A stretch of DNA of 64,000 bases from positions 64,232,001 to 64,296,000 of the forward strand of contig NC_042998.1 in the NCBI RefSeq assembly GCF_006345805.1, in the 5' to 3' direction. This DNA comes from Octopus sinensis. Taxonomy: Eukaryota. Position numbers and translations under genes: made by a program. This document shows positions 12,100-25,789 of this stretch, piece by piece. Below the pieces are notes generated by a model. That model saw nothing but the letters and a program-made list of their open reading frames with translations. It had not been told where the DNA came from and searched no databases. Each line of letters opens with the position of its first letter. The stretch's first letter is position 1.

Positions 12100-13790
12100 A
12101 ATTATGTATTTACTTATTTAGCTAGTATCAATAAGGACTGATACCTGGTATTAGCTAAGGGGTATTTATGTTATGGGACACTTTAATTTTACACTATTTT
12201 TTTTAAAACTAAGTGTTATGTTATAGGTTTTAGAAATTCTTATTGTTACTCCATACATGATATTTATAGTTTCTTATGGGTATTTAATTAGAAGGGCTAC
12301 TTATATAAAGGTCCTTTTAAATACTAAGATCAGGAGGGTAGATCACTTTAAGAAAGGAAAGGGATAAATCAAGTAACTTCTAAAGATCATTTGAAACAAT
12401 ATTGCCCTATTATATAAAGTTAAAATTTAGGGTAGTGAAAACGATCATTAAGGATGATATTATAACAAAAAGATAAAACTTCTATGAAAAAGTTTGACTA
12501 TATACCAAATCTTATCACAATAGTGTGAGGAAAAGAAAATTACATAGAAATATCTTAATATTTATACTTATTATTTATCTAAATATCAATTATTAGATGG
12601 TATCTATGGGGATTGATCAATTGGAATTTAACTGGTATTAAATAAAGGAGCACTGAGGCTAAAGAACATGTTACCTATATACTAATTTAATTAAATTGAA
12701 TTATTTTAAGGTGTGGAGATACCAGTATTGTTTTATATAAGCTATATATGATTTAATAATGGGTACGAATATTATATTTATTAAAAACGATCAAGTAGGG
12801 TAGTGCACAATAGAAAAGGAATAAAGATAGCCTAATTTCTAAAACCATTACAAAGTATATATACCTAATTCAACAGAGAAGATTTATATAAAATATATAA
12901 TAATTTAAGTGTTGTGAACTAAAAGTTGTTTATTAACTTATTTAGCTTATTACAATCAAGACTGATACCCGGTATTGGTTTAAAGAATATTGTTATTTAA
13001 AAGAACACGCTAATTATATGCTAATTTTAAATGAAGAGTTATGATGTAGGTTTAGAAATTATTAGTGTTGATCTGTACATGATAGTACATATTCTTTTGG
13101 GTACTTAATTAGAAGGGCTGCTTGTATAAAGGCCATTATAAATACTAAGATCAGGAAGGTGGAGCCTTTAAGAAAGGGATAAAAAATAATTACTAAAAAC
13201 TATTTTAAACAATATAGCCATATTGCATAAAGTTAAGATTTAGGGTTATCAAGAAGATTTCGCATTGAGGTGAAAGAACAAATTACTATAACTTAATTGA
13301 ATTATAATTTTAGCAGTTTAATTTTAAGTTGTGGAGATACCCATATTGTTTTATATAAGCTAAGTATGAATTTAGAGGGGGACACAAATTTAGCTTTATC
13401 TAAAGGCAATTATAAAGTATCAAAAAGTATTGAAATGATCAAGTAGCATAGAAAAGGATATCAAATAGCTTAATCACTAAAAATCACGATGAAGTAAATA
13501 TACAACTTAGTAACATCAATAGAGGAGATTTATAGAAAATGTATAATAATTCAAGTATTTAAAGTTAAAATCTGTTTATTTACTTATTTAGCTAGTATCT
13601 ATAATGACTAATACCCTGCATTAACTAAAGGAATATTTATGTTGCAAGACATTCAAAACTATGCACTGATTTTAAACTAAGAGATACACTACAGGCTTTA
13701 AATCACAAGATCAATAAAGTGCTACTTTCTAAAATATTTAAAGGTACGGGTGATACTATGTACACATGATAACTTAAGGTCTAATTGATT
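12100..13790. repeat. Diverged tandem repeat (~824-bp unit, about 2.3 copies)
   Basis: ACTTATTTAGCT..GACT(G/A)ATACC at 12112, 12936 and 13582. Shared blocks AAATACTAAGATCAGGA and GTGGAGATACC..TATTGTTTTATATAAGCTA. Confidence 0.75.
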
Positions 13791-14460
13791 ATTAATCAGG
13801 CTGTCTTAAAAATTTCATATGTTTCCATATAACACAGCTCACACCCATATCTGCTATTTCTATAAGGTTGTGCTTTTCTTATTGTTTCCCATTTGGGGCT
13901 AAACCCAATTCCGCTTTCCTTCAATTCTCAAATCTTACTAGGTAATGATGTATAATTCGCCGTATGAATACGTTTAATGGGCGAAACGTGTTTGTATAGA
14001 TGTTATTTAAAATTAATCGAACATCCAATGTATATATAATTACTAGTTGTAGTTATCATTGTACATTTATGTATTACGTTCTGGGTTAGACATCGGCATA
14101 ATAACGTACAGCAGGATTTAACCTTACAATTGCAACTAGGGGAATTATCATTATTAATATTAGTATTGTTAAAGATTATTATTAAATTATTATTGATATT
14201 ATTAATATTTTCGTTAATAATATTTCTATTATCAAGTATGTTATGTTAACATCTGTTCGTTTTTAACTCCACTTCAGTCGTAGTTTCATTTAAAACCGTC
14301 TCTGCATCAGCAGGCATACTAATAGTTTCCATGCACGTTTAAGCACCGGAACTACAATCCATAATGTTTATATTAGAAGTGCTACCACTGTTCCTTCTAT
14401 TCAGCACGTCATCATCACTACCATTATCATTTTGGGGATTTGCGTTACAGTTGACAGTAC

Positions 14461-14540
<80 letters not shown>

Positions 14541-14541
<1 letters not shown>

Positions 14542-15287
14542 CCTTCTTTCTTCAAATTTTCTTCCGTTTCTCGCCGAGTGTTTTCCATATACCTAGGGCA
14601 GAGAAGGGCATTGCATGCATTCCCAGATTACACACGCAAATTCACAGATAAAATATGTATTTAAAAATTAATAGATAAATAAATTCATGGATGGATGTTA
14701 TTTTCACAGCGATAGTGCTCTTCTCGGTACATAAGCCGTTCCAGTTAATACGATTTTTTGCACTTTCTGTAGGAATCATTTTCAAATATATTTCAGTACC
14801 TTTTTTTATCATTCCTAGAGATCCTACAATTATTGGTACTGTAGTCGCCTTGAGATGCCACATTTTTTCAATTTCTATTAGCAGGTCTTTATATTTACTA
14901 ATCTTGTCAAATTCTTTCGCCGCTATATTGTGATCGCAAGGGATACTCATGTTAATTAATAAACACATCATTTTTGTCGGATTTTTTATAAAAATATCCG
15001 GTTTATTAGCTTTTATAGTCCTGTCGGTCTGCACGGGTAAGTACCATAGAATCGACACATTTTCTCCCTCAGTCACAGCTTCAGGATGCTGTTTATACCA
15101 TTTGTCAGCGGTTTTGATTTTATAATGCCGACATATTGTCCAATGTAAATACTGGCTGACTGTCATGTCTTGCTTTATATTCTGCAGGTGCTAAGTTTCT
15201 ACACTCTGAGATTAAGTGGTCTATTGTTTCAATCTCGTCGGTACAGAATCGGCATTTTGGGTCAGCTCCATTTTACATCACATTGGC

Positions 15288-15289
<2 letters not shown>
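14541..15289 (-). mobile_element. R4/Dong-like RLE non-LTR retrotransposon 3' fragment inserted in (TAA)n
   Basis: CRFCTDEIETIDHLISEC zinc knuckle, RHD motif, then KPDIFIK...LLINMSIP...KISKYKDL...VPIIVGSLG (PD-(D/E)xK-type endonuclease). (TTA)n on both sides. Confidence 0.85.
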
Positions 15290-15371
<82 letters not shown>

Positions 15372-15399
15372 AACTCTGGTTAATTTTATATTCTTCTTA

Positions 15400-16620
15400 T
15401 TTAATTTAACTATGATGCTACCAATATTGGGAAGAGTAGAGAATGAGATTCTAACTGTGAAATGATTCTATTATATCTATGCGAAGTAGAGACGTTCTTT
15501 TCTAACATAGCCATAAAGTTTATAATTGTTTGCGGATAATGAATAGTTGTATGGGATATTGAACCAAACGAAATTTTTACTTTTAAATTTAAGGTGTAAG
15601 TAAGGACGGGTAATATTTGTACTATCCCTGTTCCCCAGAATGGTGCCTTGATTAATAGCTTTATTTACATTTCTAGTAGATTCCACATCTGGAGGAGTAA
15701 CCATTTCTTTCACATTGTCCACTTTCGTATCTAACCTAAGCTTCATACTCGTTTTAGTATCCTGTCTTTTATCGAAACAAACAATTATTATTAGGCTTGG
15801 AGGATGCTTCATCATTTGGTATATTTTCACAACTAAGTAAATTAGTAGACTTTCTATTAAACAAAGTCTCATTTCTTTCCTCTTTAAAAAGGTGCTGAAC
15901 TTACAGGACTAAGAAATGTAATTTCTTGGTCATATCCTGCCTTAGACAAAGTAATAATTCAGTGGTATGAATGGGAATTAAATTTATCAATGTTTGATGA
16001 TAATTTAGTAATTCTCCTAGTAGTACTTTTAACTACCGATTTTAAGAAATTAGGGTGTGATTTGATAATTTATTCACATACCTTCTAACCACACATTCTT
16101 TCCTATAGGGGTAGTATAATTTAGAGTTAAAGTTTAAAGTAGTATCAAAAATATTTACTACCTTAATACTTAAGTTATAGCTTTTGAAAAATTTTCTAAT
16201 TCTTTTTCTCATTCTTTCTATGATTGATTTTTGTTGCTACGGATGAGGAACACAGCATCATCCCTATATAAACCTATATAGATTGTTATGCAATTACTTA
16301 GTTTCCTCAAATGTAAGTTTTTTTTTCTAAGTGGGTGTTCCTTGAATTTTACATTAGCTGTTAGATCAAATAAGTCGTTTTCAAAATTTTCCAGTAGTGC
16401 ACTAGGTGGAGGATTTTTCTGCTTTTGAATAATATTTTTTCTCATATGTTTTTAGAGTTCCATATTTCTTCTTAGTCTCATTCGAACAAACTCATTTTTC
16501 TATGGATTTGTAGCGAGATATAGGCATCTTTACTATGTAAGGGGATGTCTTTCTGAGAACATTCTATATTTACCTTTTCCATCTTGTTGATAATTAAGTA
16601 CTAGAAATATCGTTTGGGTA
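15400..16620 (-). mobile_element. Decayed Penelope-like element (RT remnant)
   Basis: LENFENDLFDLTANVKF, GLYRDD (RT catalytic motif) and FVWFNIPY (PLE WFNPPY-like), with many stops and frameshifts. Confidence 0.7.
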
Positions 16621-16671
16621 TGGTATATGAGTTCAGCAAATATTTAGATTCATATACCTATGTATGTATGC

Positions 16672-16720
<49 letters not shown>

Positions 16721-19700
16721 GTATATGTATGCATATGTATGCATGTATACGTATATATAGGCGTATGTATCTATCTATCTGACTGCCTGTCAATATATAT
16801 AATCACATATAGAGATGTGCAGAGTGCGTGCAATGGTGGGGTGTATGAATGATTAAGAATAATTTAGAAATGGAATGAAGATAAACTGTAGATATCATAT
16901 ATTTAGTAGGTGCTGTGACAACTCCGAACACATTCCGATCTCTTCAGCATATCGTAATTTACCGGTAATTAATAAATCATAGATTATTGAAATACCTGAA
17001 GACACAGAGCGATTAAAATCTAGTAAATTGATTTAAAATAATAGCTGCAGATGTTTATTAATGACACATTCTCTGTCATTCATAACAATTTATGTATACG
17101 CTAACTGCGCAAAATAAATAAAGCTCTTAATTAACAGTGGAAATTATGCTAGCGTCTTATAAGAGATTTAGTTAATGTAAAGCATTTTGAAAATAGGGGA
17201 TACATTTTATTTGTATTGCACCAAATAAAAGGGATAACATTTTAGCAATATTTGCTTTTCATTCAGATGACTGAGATACGAGTAGCTTGACCGAATAAAT
17301 TTTAGGACTCAGTCAGGAAATATTTAATGAAACTTAAACATACTTAATATAGTTGATTCACGATTATCCTATTTAAATTATATTTATAAGACATATGAAG
17401 CGCGTCCGTACGCATTTCCCTCAAAACTTTAATTCATAAGGATTGCAACCATTACAAAATGTTTATAACTGCTAAGCAACTAAAAGTCTGGCAAGTATTT
17501 GTAACTACAATATTACCTACAATCCACACCCCATTTGCCCTACATGTGAAGTATGTGATAGCGGATGTGTTGTCACTAGCTAACAGAAACGACGGATGCT
17601 GTCCCTAAATATTGATTTAAATTTTAGCACAAGGCCAGCAAATTCCCAGTTGAAAAATTCTGTTCAACTGATGCTTAGTACTTTTTACCCCAAAAGGACG
17701 AAAAGTAAAGTCAGCCTCTGCAGAATATGAACTAAAGGCATAAAAGCAAACGAAATAACACTAATGCATTTTGATGGATGAGCTAAAGACTCCGTCAGCT
17801 CGCTGCCTTATGCTCTTCTAGATATTCCTGTATTACAAAGACATTTTAATGATTCTTTTAAATTGTAATCATTATATGTGTCAGTACTTATGCTGTAAAT
17901 GTATTTGCGCCCAGAACTCGTAAGCACGTTAATGTGTTGTGGTAAATATACATATATATACGAGTACAGACGCATAAATATACTCATAGTTTCCGTAAAC
18001 ATAAAATATTGCGAAAAATATTCTGTCAAAACGAGGATTATAACGTGAAATAAAATGTAAATGTAAGGGAAACTTAAGCGTTAGTGAACTAGAAAAAATT
18101 TCAATGGAAGAGAAGACAAATATATTGGCATTAAAAACAAATATCGATCATTTGTGTTAATGTACCATTATTATAGTTTTTTCTCTTGAACATTTATCCA
18201 TTAACTTAAATCATGTGAAGTTCCTCAAGGAATCAAGTACAATAAAAGAGGAAATTTTAATAATAGACTGCAATGAATTTCTTGCTTTTTTGCTAAAATT
18301 TGAATCAATATTTAGGACAACATCCGTCGTTTAGGTTCGCGTAATTTGTTTTCTGCTAACTAGTGCTAACACAACGTCTATTGCATAAACGTAGCGTGCA
18401 TATAAGATATGGATCATAGGAAGTATAATACTTATAAATTATAATTGCCACACATTTAGTTGATTATTGGTCATAAAGATTTGGTAAAGATTGTAATACT
18501 TATGCATTAGATTTTTGAGGGAAATACGTAAGAACGCCCTTCATATGTCGTATAATTATAATTTAAATAAAATATTTAAGCACCAACTAATTCAGTACGT
18601 TTAAGTGTCCCTGAACTTGGAAGTAGAAGGAATAAGGTTATTGGGGAGAGAATTATAAACGGTAATGTTAAAAGACCAACTGCATATAACAAAGTGCAAA
18701 TGCATTTGCACATCATTTCTGATTTTATGCATCATCAGCAGCTCCATCACAGGAATGTATAATACATCCAATAACTAAATGAATATATGTTTGTGCGCAA
18801 ATATCGAGTAATATTGGACTATTTTCAAATAACTAAAGTAATGTAATTGTACTTGTCGTAGGCGTAATACAAATGATTATGCTATATAAATTTAATTTAT
18901 TTCTGGGACATTAGTATCTGCCATAAACAGTTTTAGTTCTCCATTAATAATATATTTTATGCGATGGATACTGCCTTTTTACTTCAATGTATTTACGTAA
19001 ATCACAAAAAGGACACTTCAGAGATTTTATTCTCTGGCGTTGAATTATTTGATATAGCATTTTCAGTGAGATTGTATGGATACTGGCAGTAGACATGCTG
19101 ATATATGAAGAATAGTTATGAATGAAAGGATCCCATTATACTGCATCATTCATTCTCAAGAGTAAAATTAAAAGTAAGAGAGAGGAACGTTTCAATAAAT
19201 ACTTCACAGAATTCGAAGTATAGCTATAGGATGTCTACGCAAATATGAAGTTTATATTTATGGTAACATTTATTACATGTATACTTAGATATTTACCAGA
19301 CAAAAGCGCGCATGTAACCCATATATTAACATTTTACCCGTAAAGCTAAATGTCTAGTTACTAACGAAAGCGTTTGGAGAATATCGTACGATAGACAACT
19401 AAAGAACTTAGACACGGAAGCATGAATAAATATTGACACAAGTACAAAACATCCAATGAAATAAGTAGCGTCCTTTTTAAGTTTCCTCAAGATGTTCTAT
19501 ATCCAATACTGATTACTTTCAATAGAGGACATTGGTGCTGCACTTTGGGTATATTCAAGTGTTTAACAATGTGCATTATCGCCATAATCTATAGTAAATA
19601 TATTCCATGCATTCAACGAGACTAATCACCATATATCATGGAGGACTTGGATTAAAATAACTGAATATCAAGTCAGAGGAAGAATAGTTATAGTGTGTGA

Positions 19701-20001
19701 TTTGAAATAGGTAATACGTAAAAACCTACTCAATTCCTTTCATCAAAGATTTATTATCGCATGATTAGCAACTCTGGTTGCTATATACAAGCTATGTATA
19801 GTCGTAGTATTCTTTGTAGAATTCTACCATATCCGATATGGGATGGAGTGTATTGAATACATTGATCAATAAACATCATTCAGTGATTATCATTTGCTTT
19901 GTGTCTTACGTATAAACTTTATATCTACTTCAGGCTAACAAACTGTCCATAATGCAGACATTTTCAAACTCATTAATTTATTGTAAATGTATATGCATGC
20001 G

Positions 20002-20093
<92 letters not shown>

Positions 20094-20161
20094 TATATAT
20101 ATATATATCTATCTATCTATACACATATATATATACACACACACATATATATATGTATATA

Positions 20162-20222
<61 letters not shown>

Positions 20223-21200
20223 TACTGGAGTACTGGAGTAAACATATAAATGTGAAACGAGGTGGAAAAAAGAGTACTCAAATACCAGAGGTAGAGTAAT
20301 ATGCTTTATTTAAAAGCAGCAGAAATTTAACAATTTCACGTTCCCGTTCGTCGGACAGGTTTGTTAAAATGGAACCGAGATGATAATTCGATCCAAACTA
20401 GCATAAACGATACACCTTTAAAAATGGGCTTGTTTCATTGGTCCTTTAAAATAACGGTCATAAGCGAGCGATAAACAAAAATAAACAAAACAAAATAAAT
20501 GAGTTCAATATAAAATTATAAAAATCGAGGAAAACTTTAAATTGAAGTGTTGACACGAATACATATTGCCATTAATTATGTAGAAAATATAATCGATTAA
20601 TGCAATTAATACATAAAAACTGAAATTAAAATATATTAAAATATATTAAAGTATTTGACAACAGTATATACTCATTCTAAACCATCAATATACATGTATA
20701 CATGAAAATACACAGATATTCCCATTCGATATTATTAAGTATGGTAAGTTTTTCGATAATTTTCGAATTTTAAAAGTTGACATTTTTTTCTATTGCGGAC
20801 GAGGAGGTGCGTCTGAGAAGAAGATTTGAAAGAATGAGGATGTATGTATAAGAGGCTTATAATTGATCGTCTCGTGTTTATATATTTACTCTGAGGTGTA
20901 CCTGCTGATGACGAATATTTAACTTGCTAAACTAAAATCAGAAACTAATTGGTCCAGAAAACTAGCTGGCAAAAGTTTGTTTTCATTTCGTTCCTTTCGG
21001 GATTTTATACCTAATTTTGTGGTTTTGAAACCTAGCCATTCTTTCTAGAGCGAGGAAACCCATGAGTGGATTACTTCTATGTGTTTAAATGTACACAGCA
21101 TTTTCTGAAAAATACATAGTCTTTGGACTAGATTTTTACACGGTAGGCCACTGGAAGTGGAAATTTCTATTAATTTCTATTTCACTTAGATGTGATTAAG
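20223..21200 (-). mobile_element. PLE-like remnant between (TA)n tracts with a broken HHR
   Basis: Minus strand at 20326-20368: UUUAACAA..CUGU CCGACGA ACG GGAA CGU GAAA then directly UUGUUAAA; stem III and the cleavage site appear deleted. Downstream motif TACCTCTGGTA...TTTCCACCT. Confidence 0.5.
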
Positions 21201-21237
21201 TATATATATGTATATGCATACATACACACACACACAA

Positions 21238-21280
<43 letters not shown>

Positions 21281-21299
21281 ATATATATATACTTAAGTA

Positions 21300-21343
<44 letters not shown>

Positions 21344-21484
21344 ATATATATATGTGTGTGTATGTATGTATGTATGTATATGTATAGTTAATCCAAATAA
21401 GAACGATGGAAAAATACAACAACGAGAGGACGTGAAACAAGTATAGTATTATTGGACGCTCAGGAAAAGAAAGAAAGAAGGAGG

Positions 21485-21519
21485 ATTTAACGTTTCTAGA
21501 GGAGCTCTTCGTCAGAAGC
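21485..21519 (-). ncRNA. Minimal hammerhead motif (degenerate) in a short repeat at ~21390-21590
   Basis: Minus strand: GCUU CUGACGA A GAGCUCCUCUA GAAACGUU AAAU. Stem II is mutated. Confidence 0.55.
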
Positions 21520-21586
21520 ATAGAAAAAGGAAATGTCCACGAAAGGGAAGACGGAGAAAGAAAATCGCCAACGATACACACGCGGT

Positions 21587-21667
<81 letters not shown>

Positions 21668-22867
21668 ATGTGTGTGGATGTGGGTGTATGTGTGCGCGTC
21701 TGTGCATGTTGTGTTTGTGTGTTCATGTGAGTGTATGTTTGTGTGTGTCTGTGTGTGAATATGATTTAAATTAGAATAAATCGTTTTGCCGAATTATAAG
21801 AATTGCATAGTAAACAAGAATTTGCAGATTATAGTCTCAGTTCCCCCTGGGAGAATTTTATGAATTCATTAATGAGACTTGAGCAAAAATGATATTACTG
21901 CATGTCTGTGTGTTTGGTGATGTATAAGAGCGAAATGTGGTAGTGCTTAAACACACACAGTTTGAACCTGTAAAAGAAATAAGAAATAGGACTTGAAGTA
22001 AAGTGGTTGTGTAGTCCTGTCTATTACATGTAAACAATGAAATGCAAAGTCACACAAAAGTAATTAAACTACATTTAATTATATGTATGGCAAAGCATAT
22101 AACTAGAATGCTATATAAATCGAAATGCTTGAAACGTAATAAAAGTTACAGTAAAATAGATATTTCTACACGGAAAATAAAGAAAATATATGCAGAGAAT
22201 ATATTATAAACGAATTAGATTTATGTAAGTATTTGAGTGGCCGTCTACAGCGTTATAGGTTTTGTGCAGTAGTATTTAGTCGTTGTGTCAAAGTGTAATT
22301 CTTAAAAATACTAAATGAAGATACCGTAACAAGAGTGCTGCAATTGTAAATTATATGCGGTACTGACAATTCAAATTTTGCAAATAACAAATTTATCAAT
22401 AACTTTAGGAAATTAAAATCAAGACCTTAGCACGTTAAATGCAGTAAATGATGAAATCCATAAATTTCAATGACCACGTAAGTACAATTTTTTCTCAAAG
22501 ATTGATATTAATTTCTAAGTAAATAAAACATTTAATCTTCTCTCGTTTAAGTGAATTTGGCAAAATAGTGTATGTGTGGTAGATGAAGCCGCTTGTAAAT
22601 CCGAAATACTGATATTCACGTTAGTAAAAGCAGTATGTGCTACACATCAAACTCGTTGTAAGGTACGAAATCTGTATTTCACTTCCTAATCAAGAACGAA
22701 ATCGTTTTTGAAAATGTAGCGAATATGTGACAACTCTGCAGGTAAGCATATTTTTAATCACTATTTGTAATGAGAAGCAAGTTATATGTGTTATTAACGA
22801 GATATCCAACGTTAACTATTAAGTATATTTCCGATGTACACTCTTGCTGATTCACCTATTCAGTTAA

Positions 22868-23770
<903 letters not shown>

Positions 23771-23790
23771 ATCTATCTATCTATCTATCC

Positions 23791-23842
<52 letters not shown>

Positions 23843-23863
23843 GTCTATCTATCTATCTGTCTA

Positions 23864-24419
23864 TCTAACTGCCTGCCTATATACATAATTATTCAATACA
23901 GGTACATGAATAAATATGTACACACATAGGAGAAGGATTTGCATGTGTACCTGTTACAAGGACATAGCATAGCGCCTAGTATATTTTTGTAACGATCAAG
24001 AACACCGTTTGACACATGCATTGTTTCGCATAAAAGTTTCCTTGAACAAAGCTCTTAATGTTCCCATTGCCATTATCTATTAACCTGAAATAATTCCCCG
24101 CTGAGTGCGAGTAGAGTGTTTTCTCTATCCAGTTGTGTCGCCGGCGATGTTCTGCTAGGCCATGCTGTCAATATTTAGGACCGCACCCGAGTGAGTTCCA
24201 CTTCCTGTAAACGATTGCATTGGCACATTGAAAATATTTACAAATACATAACTCATGCTCTCCAGTTACGAACACATACGCATAATGACTTGATTTGTTT
24301 ATTTTTACTTGTTGTTTGTCATTTGTATGCGTGCATGCGTGCATACACACAAATCTCACATCATACTCGTATGTATAAATGTATTTGTCTTTGTATGAGT
24401 ACATTCGTGTGAATATTCG

Positions 24420-24470
<51 letters not shown>

Positions 24471-24495
24471 ATCTATCTATCTATCTATCTATCTA

Positions 24496-24548
<53 letters not shown>

Positions 24549-25125
24549 GTCTATCTATCTATCTGTCTATCTAACTGCCTGCCTATATACATAATTATTC
24601 AATACAGGTACATGAATAAATATGTACACACATAGGAGAAGGATTTGCATGTGTACCTGTTACAAGGACATAGCATAGCGCCTAGTATATTTTTGTAACG
24701 ATCAAGAACACCGTTTGACACATGCATTGTTTCGCATAAAAGTTTCCTTGAACAAAGCTCTTAATGTTCCCATTGCCATTATCTATTAACCTGAAATAAT
24801 TCCCCGCTGAGTGCGAGTAGAGTGTTTTCTCTATCCAGTTGTGTCGCCGGCGATGTTCTGCTAGGCCATGCTGTCAATATTTAGGACCGCACCCGAGTGA
24901 GTTCCACTTCCTGTAAACGATTGCATTGGCACATTGAAAATATTTACAAATACATAACTCATGCTCTCCAGTTACGAACACATACGCATAATGACTTGAT
25001 TTGTTTATTTTTACTTGTTGTTTGTCATTTGTATGCGTGCATGCGTGCATACACACAAATCTCACATCATACTCGTATGTATAAATGTATTTGTCTTTGT
25101 ATGAGTACATTCGTGTGAATATTCG

Positions 25126-25126
<1 letters not shown>
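23864..25126. repeat. Near-identical direct duplication (706-bp offset) bounded by (TATC)n
   Basis: 23864-24420 matches 24570-25126. Identical ORFs at 24168 and 24874. Confidence 0.9.
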
Positions 25127-25161
<35 letters not shown>

Positions 25162-25162
25162 C

Positions 25163-25218
<56 letters not shown>

Positions 25219-25229
25219 CTCTCTCTCTC

Positions 25230-25284
<55 letters not shown>

Positions 25285-25789
25285 AATAGCTAGCAAGTTA
25301 TACACAAAGTAGACGTGAAAACATTTGTGTACAAAAGATTCAGTGTGTAACACCGAACATAATACCTCATTACTGTTTCAATGTAACAGCTATTAAGTGC
25401 CTAAAGAAATAGGATAAACGGATAGGTCAACATTTGTCAGAAGTCAATTATAAAAACAGTGAAAAGAATTTATTGTGTTCAACAATACAAAGTAAATATC
25501 ACACCATCGTTCTGAGGATCATCAGTAGAAATATTTAGTGAGATGATTTACACCTATTGTATACTCGACAGAATTAATTGGAAAAAATCCTTTAAGAGGT
25601 GATTCGTTTCGATTCATTATCCTATGCGTATGTTTATCTCATGCTCAGCTGTTTTAATAATTATTTTAGACTATGAATTAGAACCTACGCCACTGAAGAC
25701 AGATAGTTTTAATAAGCTTTCCTACAGTTGTATTATCTCTTTAGGCAAGCCAAAGAAATCTCCTTGTGCGTTGGATAAAAAAAAAACAA

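Noticed and set aside
16905-16955. CUGAAGA GAUC..GUUC GGAG on the minus strand upstream of the PLE remnant
   Set aside because: GAAA and stem I are too degenerate to call.
24005-24035. GAAAC...GUC on the minus strand in the 706-bp duplication
   Set aside because: No upstream CUGANGA or stem II.
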